DNA of 64,000 nucleotides from an uncultured Spartobacteria bacterium (GCA_903847935.1 CAINEX010000003.1:13250-77249), one strand, 5' to 3'. Counted from the first letter of the stretch, positions 38,121 through 46,378 are shown. The notes: generated by a model from the letters alone, not told the origin. Made by a program: numbers and translations.

Positions 38121-38174
38121 GGGATATCGGCGGATAGCAGTGTTGGCCTGCGGTCGGCGTAGGACTACTACGCC
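38121..38174 (+). repeat. Dispersed intergenic repeat, copy A (10 nt after the stop of 37425..38111)
   Basis: GGGATATCGGCGGATAGCAGTGTTGGCCTGCG is 28/32 identical to 48291-48322. It is followed by the hairpin GGCGTAG-GACTA-CTACGCC (38156-38174). Confidence 0.75.
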
Positions 38175-38281
38175 TTCCCTTGGCCGCCTTGCTCTCCATC
38201 CGATCTTCCAAGTCTTTGCGGAAGTAAACTCCTAACGCTAAAGCTCAGCCACGACCGAAGGGCGTTGGCTGCAGCGCTTGG

Positions 38282-38560
38282 TTATGCGTTGTTGGTTTTG
38301 TCATTGATCACAGATTTGGGGCGGTGTCTTGTGAAGAAATGGACGCAAAAAAATATAACTGTCGAGATGGAATAAACTGCGAGGGCGCCTAAAACGGAAC
38401 CGAACAGCAGGGCCAGATATAGACGGATGCCGCTCTCCTGAGAGCAAAGTGCAAAGACCACTCCCGATGCTAAAGCTACACCATAAAACGCAATGGTAGC
38501 GACCCGTCGACAGTGAAAGGAGGGCTCGTTTAGATGTGGTATCGAATGTCCCTCTTTCAC
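38282..38560 (-). CDS. Small hypothetical membrane protein (2 predicted TM helices)
   Basis: 92-aa ORF in an otherwise empty, lower-GC gap. It has two hydrophobic stretches, and I recognise no homology. Confidence 0.35.
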   Translation of the reverse strand: MKEGHSIPHLNEPSFHCRRVATIAFYGVALASGVVFALCSQESGIRLYLALLFGSVLGALAVYSISTVIFFCVHFFTRHRPKSVINDKTNNA

Positions 38561-38662
38561 AGGATGAGTGAGTAATCGCCTAACTTGTAATTAGACGTAA
38601 AATTGTTCGCATAACAAAGGGGAGGGACAGCGTGAAGGAGTAGAAATTACGAAAAGGGCTGA

Positions 38663-39133
38663 TTACGAGGCCATCCTCTTATACCTCCACACAGTGAAGT
38701 CGTTGGTTTCTAGGAGTTTAGTTCCTGTATCGAATTGAGATTCGAAGTCGGGAAAGTGGGTGTCTCCTTCGATCGTTCTGGGGACGTTGGTGACGTAGAG
38801 TTCCTGGATCCTGGGGAGGAGGAGTCGGTAGATCTCTTCGCCGCCGATGACGAAGAGGTCACGGCCATCCAATTTGTTCTCGAGTTCCTTGAGGACGTCA
38901 AGGGAGCGGATTACGGTGACCCCTGGGGTCTCAGGCATCGTGCGGGAGAGGACGATATTCTCCCGACCGGGAAGCGGCTTGCCGATCGATTCGTAGGTCT
39001 TACGCCCCATGAGGACGGCGTGGCCCATGGTGGTCGCCTTGAAGAATTTGAAATCTTCAGGAAGATGCCACGGGATCGTGCCGGCATTCCCGATGACCCT
39101 GTTCTCTGCCATCGCCACAATCGCTTTTATCAT
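38663..39133 (-). CDS. folA: Dihydrofolate reductase
   Basis: IVAMAENRVIGNAGTIPWHLPEDFKFFKATTMGHAVLMGRKTYESIG. Confidence 0.9.
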   Translation of the reverse strand: MIKAIVAMAENRVIGNAGTIPWHLPEDFKFFKATTMGHAVLMGRKTYESIGKPLPGRENIVLSRTMPETPGVTVIRSLDVLKELENKLDGRDLFVIGGEEIYRLLLPRIQELYVTNVPRTIEGDTHFPDFESQFDTGTKLLETNDFTVWRYKRMAS

Positions 39134-39163
39134 CTTAAAGAAACATGGAACTGATTGATATCC

Positions 39164-39245
39164 CGCAGAGGCGCGGAGGCGCAGAGGAATGAAATAAACA
39201 AAAGGGAATTCTCAGATCCTCGCTCTGCGCCTCCGCGCCTCTGCG
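39164..39245. repeat. 23-bp perfect GC-rich inverted repeat with 36-nt AT-rich spacer in the thyA-folA intergenic region
   Basis: CGCAGAGGCGCGGAGGCGCAGAG (39164-39186) is the exact reverse complement of CTCTGCGCCTCCGCGCCTCTGCG (39223-39245). Confidence 0.9.
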
Positions 39246-39319
39246 CGAAAACTTCCGTCGCCTTACTTCCTGCCTTCCTGCTTTCCATATTAATCCCTGC
39301 AGTCTTTAGCCGCTTCTGA

Positions 39320-40114
39320 TCAAACGGCGATGGGGGCCTTGATCGCGGGATGGGGGTCGTAGCCCTCCAGCGTGAAGTCATCGTAGCGGAAATCCTCCAA
39401 GGATTTCACGGCGGGATTGAGCAGCATCCTGGGAAGTGGGCGTGGTTCACGAGAGAGTTGCTCGCGGGCCTGATCGAGGTGGTTCACGTAGAGGTGAAGG
39501 TCGCCGAAGGTGTGGATGAACTCCTTGGCCTTCAATCCGCAGACTTGCGCGATCATCATCGTAAGGAGGGCGTAGGAGGCGATATTGAAGGGGACACCAA
39601 GGAAGAGATCGGCACTGCGCTGGTAGAGCTGGCAGCTGAGTTCGCCGTTTGCCACGTAGAACTGGACGAGGGCGTGGCAGGGTGCCAAGGCCATCTTGTC
39701 GATCTCGCCGGGATTCCAGGCGCTTACAATGTGTCTGCGGCTGTCGGGATTGTTTCTCAGATCCTCGACGACGCGCGCTATCTGGTCGATTTCCGCACCT
39801 TCGGGGGTACGCCACCGCCGCCATTGTGCGCCATAGACAGGGCCCAAATCGCCGTTTGCATCAGCCCACTCGTCCCAGATCGTGACGCCGTGCTCCTTCA
39901 GATAGCCGATATTGGTGTCTCCTTTCAGGAACCAGAGCAGCTCGTGGATAATGGAACGGAGATGGAGCTTTTTGGTGGTGAGCAAAGGGAAGCTCTGCGT
40001 CAGGTCAAAGCGCTCCTGGGCTCCAAAAACCGAGAGGGTTCCCGTGCCGGTGCGATCATCCTTCCGCGTCCCGTGATCAAGCACGAGATTCAGGAGCCGC
40101 AGGTAAGGAGTCAT
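39320..40114 (-). CDS. thyA: Thymidylate synthase
   Basis: [40 protein letters not shown] (catalytic Cys) and DLHLYVNH motifs. Confidence 0.96.
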   Translation of the reverse strand: MTPYLRLLNLVLDHGTRKDDRTGTGTLSVFGAQERFDLTQSFPLLTTKKLHLRSIIHELLWFLKGDTNIGYLKEHGVTIWDEWADANGDLGPVYGAQWRRWRTPEGAEIDQIARVVEDLRNNPDSRRHIVSAWNPGEIDKMALAPCHALVQFYVANGELSCQLYQRSADLFLGVPFNIASYALLTMMIAQVCGLKAKEFIHTFGDLHLYVNHLDQAREQLSREPRPLPRMLLNPAVKSLEDFRYDDFTLEGYDPHPAIKAPIAV

Positions 40115-40132
40115 CGCAACGTCAAGGCGAGC

Positions 40133-40519
40133 CTATCCGGTGTAAACGCTGTCGGGATTGAAGAGTGGCTCCTCTTGAGGAGGGAGATCATTACCCGCTT
40201 TGTCGAGTTCGACATAGAAGCAGCTTGCAAAGCCCGTATGGCAGGCGCCTCCATGTTGCTCCACCTCGAAGAGGAGGGTGTCGCGGTCGCAATCGACGAA
40301 CCATCGCAGGATCTTCTGCGTGTGGCCGCTTGATTCACCCTTCTTCCACAGTTTTTTGCGGGAGCGGCTCCAGTAGTGCATGTAGCCGGATTCCACCGAA
40401 TGCTTCAAGGAATCCTCGTTCATCCAGGCCATCATCAGCACACGTCCCCCCGCTGCTGCACTCTCCTGCACGATGGCAGGAATGAGTCCACGGTCATCAT
40501 ATTTGAGGTTTAACTCCAT
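40133..40519 (-). CDS. hisI: Phosphoribosyl-AMP cyclohydrolase
   Basis: GLIPAIVQE..MMAWMNEDSL..YWSRSRKKLWKKGESSGHTQ..DCDRDTLLFEVEQ..GACHTG. ATG at 40519 is preferred, though the ORF extends to 40627. Confidence 0.85.
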   Translation of the reverse strand: MELNLKYDDRGLIPAIVQESAAAGGRVLMMAWMNEDSLKHSVESGYMHYWSRSRKKLWKKGESSGHTQKILRWFVDCDRDTLLFEVEQHGGACHTGFASCFYVELDKAGNDLPPQEEPLFNPDSVYTG

Positions 40520-40614
40520 CCGGTCATTTCGGAGGTGAAGCCGCTTCTGCGCAAGAAGATTATTGAACAGGATTCCCGATTGCGAATCGGGCATTCTTTC
40601 GTGAGGATCACGGA

Positions 40615-41916
40615 GTGGAAGTCCCATCCGTGAACACGCCCCGATACCGCTATTATGAAGAGGCGCCCGCCAGCCTCTCGGTCCCTCTGTCAGAGCTGCT
40701 TGAGAGGATCCCGATGGAATATCTCCAAGACTTGTGCGAGGGGGAGTCGGGGAGCCGGCAGCAGGGCTTGCTGGAGATTCCCTGCAAAGAGCTTCTTACG
40801 GGCAACACCCCTGGACTTTCACTTGGTAAGTTGAACGATCTGCTCCCGGGCAGGATCGTGATGACCAACGAGGCCGACCGGATGAAGAAAGTGGAGTTGC
40901 CCGCTGGTTGGCTTGTTCTCCATTACCGTCTGGTTACCCGTTGCGAGGAGGTGAAGTCAGACGGGGGTGAGAAGGGGGCCAGAGTTCCTCAGAAGAGCAT
41001 GGGCATGACCGGTGAAGGGAGGAACATCGATGCCCAGTTCCTCACCACCCCAATGGCAATCTCAACATCCAGGCCGCCAACACGAGATGGAAAGAGTGCC
41101 AAGGGCTTCAACGGAGAGCCCAAGGAGCAGGCTGATACGCAGGCGCAGGCTCAGCCCCAAACCAATGCCCCGGAGGAGACGCTCTCCAATGAGTCTTCCC
41201 ATGCTGGGCCAGATCTTTCCAAACAGCAGGAACCGATGCCCCATCGTGAGGTGACCAAGGGTCCCAATAAGGGACTCTTTGCGTCGCTTCCGATCTTTAG
41301 CCGGCACAAGCCGGATAAAGATTCCCGCGAGTCTGCCGATCGTTCGGAATCTCCCGAGTTCGTCATCGGGGAACAAGCCGGATCACTGGTTGTCCAATCA
41401 TCGGAAACCGTGGAGCCGGTATCCTCTTCGATTCCATCGGTCCTTAAGCTCGAGACACTCTGGAAGCTGGGTCCCGGCGACCAACTTGCAGATCCCACTC
41501 CTCTTCAAGATCTCTTCATGACAGAGGAAAAGCTGACACTCGACCGCGTCATCGCCCTAGCAGGTCAACTCCCAGGCCTGCGCGCCTGCGTGCTGGCCCA
41601 TGGTGATCAGGTGGTCTGTGCCTCCAACACAAGTGCCGGTGTCGATCTCCAGTCGCTCAGCGGTCAAGCCATGACGATGCTTTCGCAGATCCGTGAGTCC
41701 TCTGCCAAGATGGGTCTCGGGTCGATCCCAGCGGTGACCCTGCATGCGGAACAGGGGGCCCTCAGCTTCCTTCACAAAGGGGAACTCTGCCTTCTCGTGA
41801 TGCACGCCGACAGGGGATTCATCCCCGGGGTGCGTGAGCGTCTGCAGGAGATGCTCGGGCATTTGTCCGAAGCCAAGGCCCTCCCCCCAACGGGCAGCTC
41901 CGAAGTGGCGTCTTGA
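40615..41916 (+). CDS. Hypothetical protein with disordered middle region and C-terminal Roadblock/LC7-like domain
   Basis: 433 aa. The C-terminal ~110 aa (LPGLRACVLAHGDQVVCASNTS...LSGQAMTMLSQIRESSAKMGLG..PAVTLHAEQGALSFLHKGELCLLVMHADRGF) follow the Roadblock/LC7 (MglB-like) pattern. The centre is rich in Pro, Gln and Glu. GTG start is uncertain. Confidence 0.5.
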   Translation: MEVPSVNTPRYRYYEEAPASLSVPLSELLERIPMEYLQDLCEGESGSRQQGLLEIPCKELLTGNTPGLSLGKLNDLLPGRIVMTNEADRMKKVELPAGWLVLHYRLVTRCEEVKSDGGEKGARVPQKSMGMTGEGRNIDAQFLTTPMAISTSRPPTRDGKSAKGFNGEPKEQADTQAQAQPQTNAPEETLSNESSHAGPDLSKQQEPMPHREVTKGPNKGLFASLPIFSRHKPDKDSRESADRSESPEFVIGEQAGSLVVQSSETVEPVSSSIPSVLKLETLWKLGPGDQLADPTPLQDLFMTEEKLTLDRVIALAGQLPGLRACVLAHGDQVVCASNTSAGVDLQSLSGQAMTMLSQIRESSAKMGLGSIPAVTLHAEQGALSFLHKGELCLLVMHADRGFIPGVRERLQEMLGHLSEAKALPPTGSSEVAS

Positions 41917-41992
41917 AGTATCGGGGAGGAGACCATCTTGAGAATGGTTTTTAACCTTTTTAACGCTTTGCCGCTGTCGATAGAATCCCGTC

Positions 41993-42625
41993 ATGCTTGA
42001 ACTCTTGCAAAAAGGCGGTCCGCTCATGTGGATCATCCTGCTCTGCAGCGTCGTTGCGCTCGGGGTATTTCTGGAACGAATCATCTATCTCCACCGGGTA
42101 TCTATCCGCGTCGGGGAACTGCTAGGCGGACTCTCCCTCCTCATCCGCAATGGCAGGATTGCCGAGGCACTTGGTGAGTGCAGCTCGACCTCAGCGCCCG
42201 TCGCACGGGTTCTGCTCTCCGCACTCATGCGTCCGAAGGAGCAACGGGAAGTGCTCAAGTCCATCACCAGGGATGCTGCCCTGCTGGAGATTCCCAAACT
42301 CGAAAAAAATCTCCCTATCCTTTCGGCCTTGGCCTACGTGACTCCCCTGGTGGGTCTGCTTGGCATGGTACTCGGTCTGCTGGATGCCTTTCTTGCGGTC
42401 TCGGCGCATGGTGGTTACGCCACTGCGGAGGAGCTCTCGCGCGGAGTGTACGAGAGCATGCTGAACGCGGCGGCGGGTCTGGCGGTGGCCATCCCGGCCT
42501 TCATCGGACACAGCTACCTGACCTCAAGGGTGAATGACATCATTCACGACATGGAGCGCGCCGGGATCGAGATCGTGAATCTGCTCACGGCGCCTGCTTC
42601 CGAGGGCGATCAGCCGGCTGCATGA
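41993..42625 (+). CDS. MotA/TolQ/ExbB proton-channel family protein
   Basis: 210 aa with three TM helices. N-terminal GGPLMWIILLCSVVALGVFLER and C-terminal LNAAAGLAVAIPAFIGHSYL are typical of ExbB/TolQ. Confidence 0.85.
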   Translation: MLELLQKGGPLMWIILLCSVVALGVFLERIIYLHRVSIRVGELLGGLSLLIRNGRIAEALGECSSTSAPVARVLLSALMRPKEQREVLKSITRDAALLEIPKLEKNLPILSALAYVTPLVGLLGMVLGLLDAFLAVSAHGGYATAEELSRGVYESMLNAAAGLAVAIPAFIGHSYLTSRVNDIIHDMERAGIEIVNLLTAPASEGDQPAA

Positions 42626-43026
42626 GACTTCCCCGTCTGGCGGGTGCCGCTTCACCCTTTCTTCTCCTCGCGCCGGCGCTGGCAACCCTGTTGAGTCTGG
42701 CGTTTTTCCTGCTGCTGACGGGCTCCTTTACCCTCCAGCCAGGGATCCCGATGAAAGTACCTGACTCCCCGTTCCTGCTCCTGCCGCAGCATGACCCTCA
42801 GGTGGTGAGCGTCACGGGCGCTCCCCTCCCCCAGATCTATTATGAGCGCAACGTGGTCTCTCCCGCCGAGTTGGAGAAGGCCCTTGGCAAGGTTCGCAAA
42901 ACGGGCAGCCTCATTATCAAGGCGGATCGGCTGGCTCCCTATGATCTATTGCTCCAAATCATGACGATCGGCATCCGGTGTGGGTTCACCGTGGTGTTGG
43001 CCACGGATTCCAGACCGGCGTCATGA
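42622..43026 (+). CDS. ExbD/TolR-like protein lacking the conserved transmembrane Asp
   Basis: 134 aa with one N-terminal TM helix and a periplasmic domain (LIIKADRLAPYDLLLQIMTIGIRCGFTVVLAT). There is no D or E in residues 1-45. The ATG overlaps the exbB stop (ATGA). Confidence 0.7.
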   Translation: MRLPRLAGAASPFLLLAPALATLLSLAFFLLLTGSFTLQPGIPMKVPDSPFLLLPQHDPQVVSVTGAPLPQIYYERNVVSPAELEKALGKVRKTGSLIIKADRLAPYDLLLQIMTIGIRCGFTVVLATDSRPAS

Positions 43027-43883
43027 TGCCCTCGCTGCCACGCGTGCCCTTGACCCCCAGGGATCTTGGTGGTTTGGCCCACTTGCTTTTTGAGTGGCCC
43101 ATTCGTCAGGCGCCCAGACTGTCGCTGCCGCTTTGTATCCTCCTTGCCGCAATCGTGCAGGGGTTCATGATTTTCCTCTTTTCGATTAGTTATAAGGCTC
43201 CCTCCTCACCCAGGCCGGAATCTCCGCAGGTCTATTTCCTTCCCCCCGATTCCAAGGCGGCCAATCGGCTGATCCCATGGCTTGAGGCGAATGATCCGGC
43301 GGTATTTTCTCCACAGCGCGCCGCAGGTGAGGCGCTCCCGGCCCCACCCCCCTTGAACTATCGACCCAGCTACATGGAGCCGCCCCCCCCGCTCCGGGCG
43401 CTCCCTCCTGAGGAACTTCCAGCCCTTCAACCCCCACCTCTTCCAGTGGATGCGGGTGTCTCTGGAGGATTGGTCGGTTTGGGTAGGAAAGCGGTTAGGG
43501 CACCTGCAGCAAGTTCTCATGCGGCAGACCCGAAAGCCGAAACCGTTGTGCACTGGGAGGATGACCTGTCGGGGCGTGTCCTGGTGACCCCCGAGCTACT
43601 TCACGGCCTCCCCAACCCATCAGCATTTCCCCATGGTCGGGGGGCGCAGGAACCCTCCCTTTATCAGGTGGCCGTGAATGAAGAGGGGATCCCCGCCCAC
43701 AATGTCCTGATCGGGACATCCGGAGATGCCACCAGCGACGAGGCCGGCAGGATCTGGATCCAGTCAGCGCGTTTTCAACCTTCGGATCATGTCACCTGGG
43801 GGCGCGTAATCATCATCTGGGGAGCCGGAACCAAGGATGTCGGAACCAAGGGGTCGGGGGGCAGGCCCGTCAATTCCAAATGA
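43023..43883 (+). CDS. TonB-like energy-transducer protein (TM anchor, Pro-rich spacer, TonB_C-like end)
   Basis: TM LSLPLCILLAAIVQGFMIFLF and a Pro-rich region (PAPPPLNYRPSYMEPPPPLRALPPEELPALQPPPLP). The C-terminal YQVAVNEEGIPAHNVLIGTSGDATSDEAGRIWIQSARFQP resembles TonB_C. ATGA overlap with exbD. Confidence 0.6.
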   Translation: MMPSLPRVPLTPRDLGGLAHLLFEWPIRQAPRLSLPLCILLAAIVQGFMIFLFSISYKAPSSPRPESPQVYFLPPDSKAANRLIPWLEANDPAVFSPQRAAGEALPAPPPLNYRPSYMEPPPPLRALPPEELPALQPPPLPVDAGVSGGLVGLGRKAVRAPAASSHAADPKAETVVHWEDDLSGRVLVTPELLHGLPNPSAFPHGRGAQEPSLYQVAVNEEGIPAHNVLIGTSGDATSDEAGRIWIQSARFQPSDHVTWGRVIIIWGAGTKDVGTKGSGGRPVNSK

Positions 43884-44137
43884 TTCCCATCACGCTCTCT
43901 TGGTTCGTCTGTCTCTATCTGGGACTTTTTCTGGCCGGCATGTTGCTCCTTTGGGGGGCCTATGAAATGCTCCGAAGGCGTGACTCCGATTCCAGAGGAC
44001 GTGAGCATGTTTATTGCCGGATCTGCAGTTCGCGATACACCGACAGAAGCGATATCGATCTTCTTCACTGCCCTGTCTGCGGCAGCTTGAACGAGCGTAC
44101 GAAAGGGGAAAAAGTCTCGATCGGCCGGTGTGAATAA
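43880..44137 (+). CDS. Small membrane-anchored zinc-ribbon protein
   Basis: 85 aa. One N-terminal TM helix, then CRIC-x16-CPVC. The ATG overlaps the tonB-like stop (ATGA), so it is translationally coupled to the operon. Confidence 0.5.
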   Translation: MIPITLSWFVCLYLGLFLAGMLLLWGAYEMLRRRDSDSRGREHVYCRICSSRYTDRSDIDLLHCPVCGSLNERTKGEKVSIGRCE

Positions 44138-44838
44138 CTTGTGTGAAAACTCGCCCTTCTCGTTCAGGGGATTCGTGGAACAGCAGGAACGGATAAGCGA
44201 TCGCACCCTTCTGTTACTGGAGAATAACGGCTCTGTTCTGTGGAACACACTCTGATAAAGAGCGGAAGAGGGCTCTCCCATGTGACATCTCTGTAACATA
44301 AGATGAAAGCTGGCTCCCAACGCCACGAGGGTATGTCTCGCTAGGGCCAGCACCTGTGAATAACTCGGGAGATTCTCCCCACAGAAGCGGTTTCTTTTTG
44401 CTGGGTAGGGCGGTTTCCTGACCCATCAAGAAAATCTCGATTCCGGACCTGATAGTCGAATTGCCTTGTTTCCTCCCCTGGATGATGCGACAGAAAGAGC
44501 TGTGCCCTAACAGGTAGCCGCCGTATGGCGGGGCGGTTCAAGACCGCTCCACGGAATCAACAGGGGAATTTTTCTCAAGACCTTCCCTGATTCGTTTTTT
44601 TCCGGGGAAGAGGTCTTCACCACCGCAGCCGGTCGTCCCGTAAAAGACTGCAGGCCGACCAGACAACGCCCACCGCACTCCATCTTTCCCTACAGGGGAG
44701 GATCGGGACACAGCGGAGGAGCGGCTACCGGGCCATCAACACACATCGTAAAGTACTAGAATAGCACTGATCCCAGTCAGCCCCGACCACGTGTCCCGGG
44801 CCGTGACCCACAGGGATTTTCCAACAACACACCTACCA

Positions 44839-45447
44839 ATGTCCTCAAATTATTCCTCCAATCGCAACCGCTCCGGCAACGGCGGCCGCCGCCGTTCCTC
44901 CGGATCGCAAGGCTCTTCCGGACGCTACCGTGGCGAAGATCGTCCACGCCGTGACCACGCCTCCAGCCAGCAAGCCAAGAAGAAGGGATTCTTCGCGAAG
45001 CTGCTCTCCCTCATCGGAATCGGCGGTGGCAAAAAGTCCGCCCCGAAAGGTCAGGGCCAAGGCCGCACCCCCCGTGCCGAGGGATTTACGCCCCGTCAGT
45101 CTCGCAAGCCCGAGCGCATCGAGGTCACCACGCCACGTGTCTATGTCGGTAACCTCTCCTTTGATGCCACCGAGAGCGACCTTCAGGAACTCTTCAGTGG
45201 TGTCGGATCTGTCCAGAATGTGGAGATCGTCTCCAACCGCGAGACGCATCGCTCCAAGGGCTTCGGCTTTGTCCAGCTCACCACCGTTGACGAAGCCAAG
45301 CGCGCCGTCGATGAGCTCCATGACAAGGAGTACATGGGACGTAAGCTCGTGGTCAGCGGAGCAAAGGCCGTCGCCGAGAGTCGCAGCGAGCGCTCGGAGC
45401 GTCGCGAGGCCTCCGAGGGAGCCGCAGCTGAATCAGCGGCGGCTTAG
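44839..45447 (+). CDS. RRM-type RNA-binding protein with long Arg/Gly/Ser-rich N-terminal extension
   Basis: RNP-2 VYVGNL and RNP-1 KGFGFVQL are present. About 100 aa of basic low-complexity sequence (NRNRSGNGGRRRSSGSQGSSGRYRGEDRPRRD...) precede the RRM. ATG at 44839. Confidence 0.85.
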   Translation: MSSNYSSNRNRSGNGGRRRSSGSQGSSGRYRGEDRPRRDHASSQQAKKKGFFAKLLSLIGIGGGKKSAPKGQGQGRTPRAEGFTPRQSRKPERIEVTTPRVYVGNLSFDATESDLQELFSGVGSVQNVEIVSNRETHRSKGFGFVQLTTVDEAKRAVDELHDKEYMGRKLVVSGAKAVAESRSERSERREASEGAAAESAAA

Positions 45448-45472
45448 TCGGTCACTACGTATCTTCGTTTCC

Positions 45473-46378
45473 GTGATTCCAACGGAAACAATCATCATTG
45501 CCGGCCCCACGGGGGCCGGCAAAACCGATCTCTCGCTCCGACTGGCCAAAGCGCTTGGTGGGGAGATTGTCGGGGCGGATGCCTTTCAGATCTATCGTGG
45601 ATTACCGGTGCTTACCGCGCAGCCCTCAGCACACGAGCTCGCGCAGATTCCGCATCATTTGGTCGCATCAGTCGATCCCTCCGAGGCCTATGATGCGGGC
45701 CGTTATCAGAGGGAGGCCCTTCCGATCCTTAAAGCCATCGTCGCACGGGGAAACCGTCCCATTGTGGTCGGCGGTACGGGACTCTATGTGAAGGCGCTGC
45801 TGGGGGGTCTCAATCCGCTTCCTACCTCCAGTCCGGAACTCCGCCTCGGGTGGGGGAGGCTGTCGCTGCCGGAACTCGTCACGCGGTTGAGGGAGTTGGA
45901 TTCAGACGCTCCCGGAATGATTGATTTGGCTAACCGCCGCAGGGTTGAGCGGGCCCTGGAGATCGTCCAGCTGACAGGGAAACCGCTGGCAGCTTCACGT
46001 ACCGGATCACCTCGGCCGCCATCCGGGGTTCGTTCCCTTTTCGTCACCCGCGAGCGCGGGGAACTCAATGCCCGGATCGACGCGAATGTGGCCAAGATGT
46101 TCGTGAGCGGCGTTGAGGCAGAAGTGGCGGCTCTCCCAGAGGAAAATACAGGGCCCACGGCTTCCATGACGCTCGGGCTTCAGGATGTCAGATCGCTCCT
46201 CCGAGGCGAATGCTCGCGTGCAGAGGCCATCGCGTCCATCGGGTCCATGACCCGGCGCTATGCCAAGCGGCAGATGACCTGGTTCCGACATCAGCATGAC
46301 TTCCCGATACTCAACCTCTCCCATTTTCCGGAGGCCGATCAGGATTTGACGGAGGCGTTGCGTCTGCTGGCAGTTTAA
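45473..46378 (+). CDS. miaA: tRNA dimethylallyltransferase
   Basis: IIIAGPTGAGKTDLSLRLAKALGGEIVGADAFQIYRGLPVLTAQPS and VGGTGLY motifs. The GTG at 45473 is in-frame within the long composite ORF 44930..46378. Confidence 0.9.
   Translation: MIPTETIIIAGPTGAGKTDLSLRLAKALGGEIVGADAFQIYRGLPVLTAQPSAHELAQIPHHLVASVDPSEAYDAGRYQREALPILKAIVARGNRPIVVGGTGLYVKALLGGLNPLPTSSPELRLGWGRLSLPELVTRLRELDSDAPGMIDLANRRRVERALEIVQLTGKPLAASRTGSPRPPSGVRSLFVTRERGELNARIDANVAKMFVSGVEAEVAALPEENTGPTASMTLGLQDVRSLLRGECSRAEAIASIGSMTRRYAKRQMTWFRHQHDFPILNLSHFPEADQDLTEALRLLAV

Noticed and set aside
38128-38190. tRNA-like (T-arm-less) fold for the dispersed repeat copy A. It would comprise an acceptor GGCGG/CCGCC, a D-stem GCAG/CTGC and an anticodon-like stem GCGTA/TACGC.
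   Set aside because: The second copy (48298-48322) changes GCAG to GCTA without a compensating change, which breaks the proposed D-stem. The loop also lacks U33 and there is no T-arm. The element is reported only as a repeat.
43787-44353. A 188-aa minus-strand ORF bridging the tonB-like / zinc-ribbon genes and the noncoding gap.
   Set aside because: More than half of it overlaps the translationally coupled + strand operon. No motifs are present. It is probably spurious.
44518-44556. Possible tRNA or tmRNA 3' end. A T-arm-like GCGG-TTCAAGA-CCGC is followed by TCCACGG, and a distant TTCGTGG (44171-44177) could pair as an acceptor stem about 385 nt away.
   Set aside because: There is no 5' GGGG acceptor, no D-arm or anticodon arm at tRNA spacing, no GGATTCGAC-type tmRNA 5' domain, and no tag-peptide reading frame ending in an Ala-Ala stop. 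The similarity is limited to one small hairpin.
44930-46378. A 482-aa ORF spanning the rbp gene region and miaA.
   Set aside because: Its first ~180 codons are an out-of-frame overlap of the RRM gene with a Ser/Pro/Arg-rich nonsense composition. The MiaA homology starts at the in-frame GTG at 45473.
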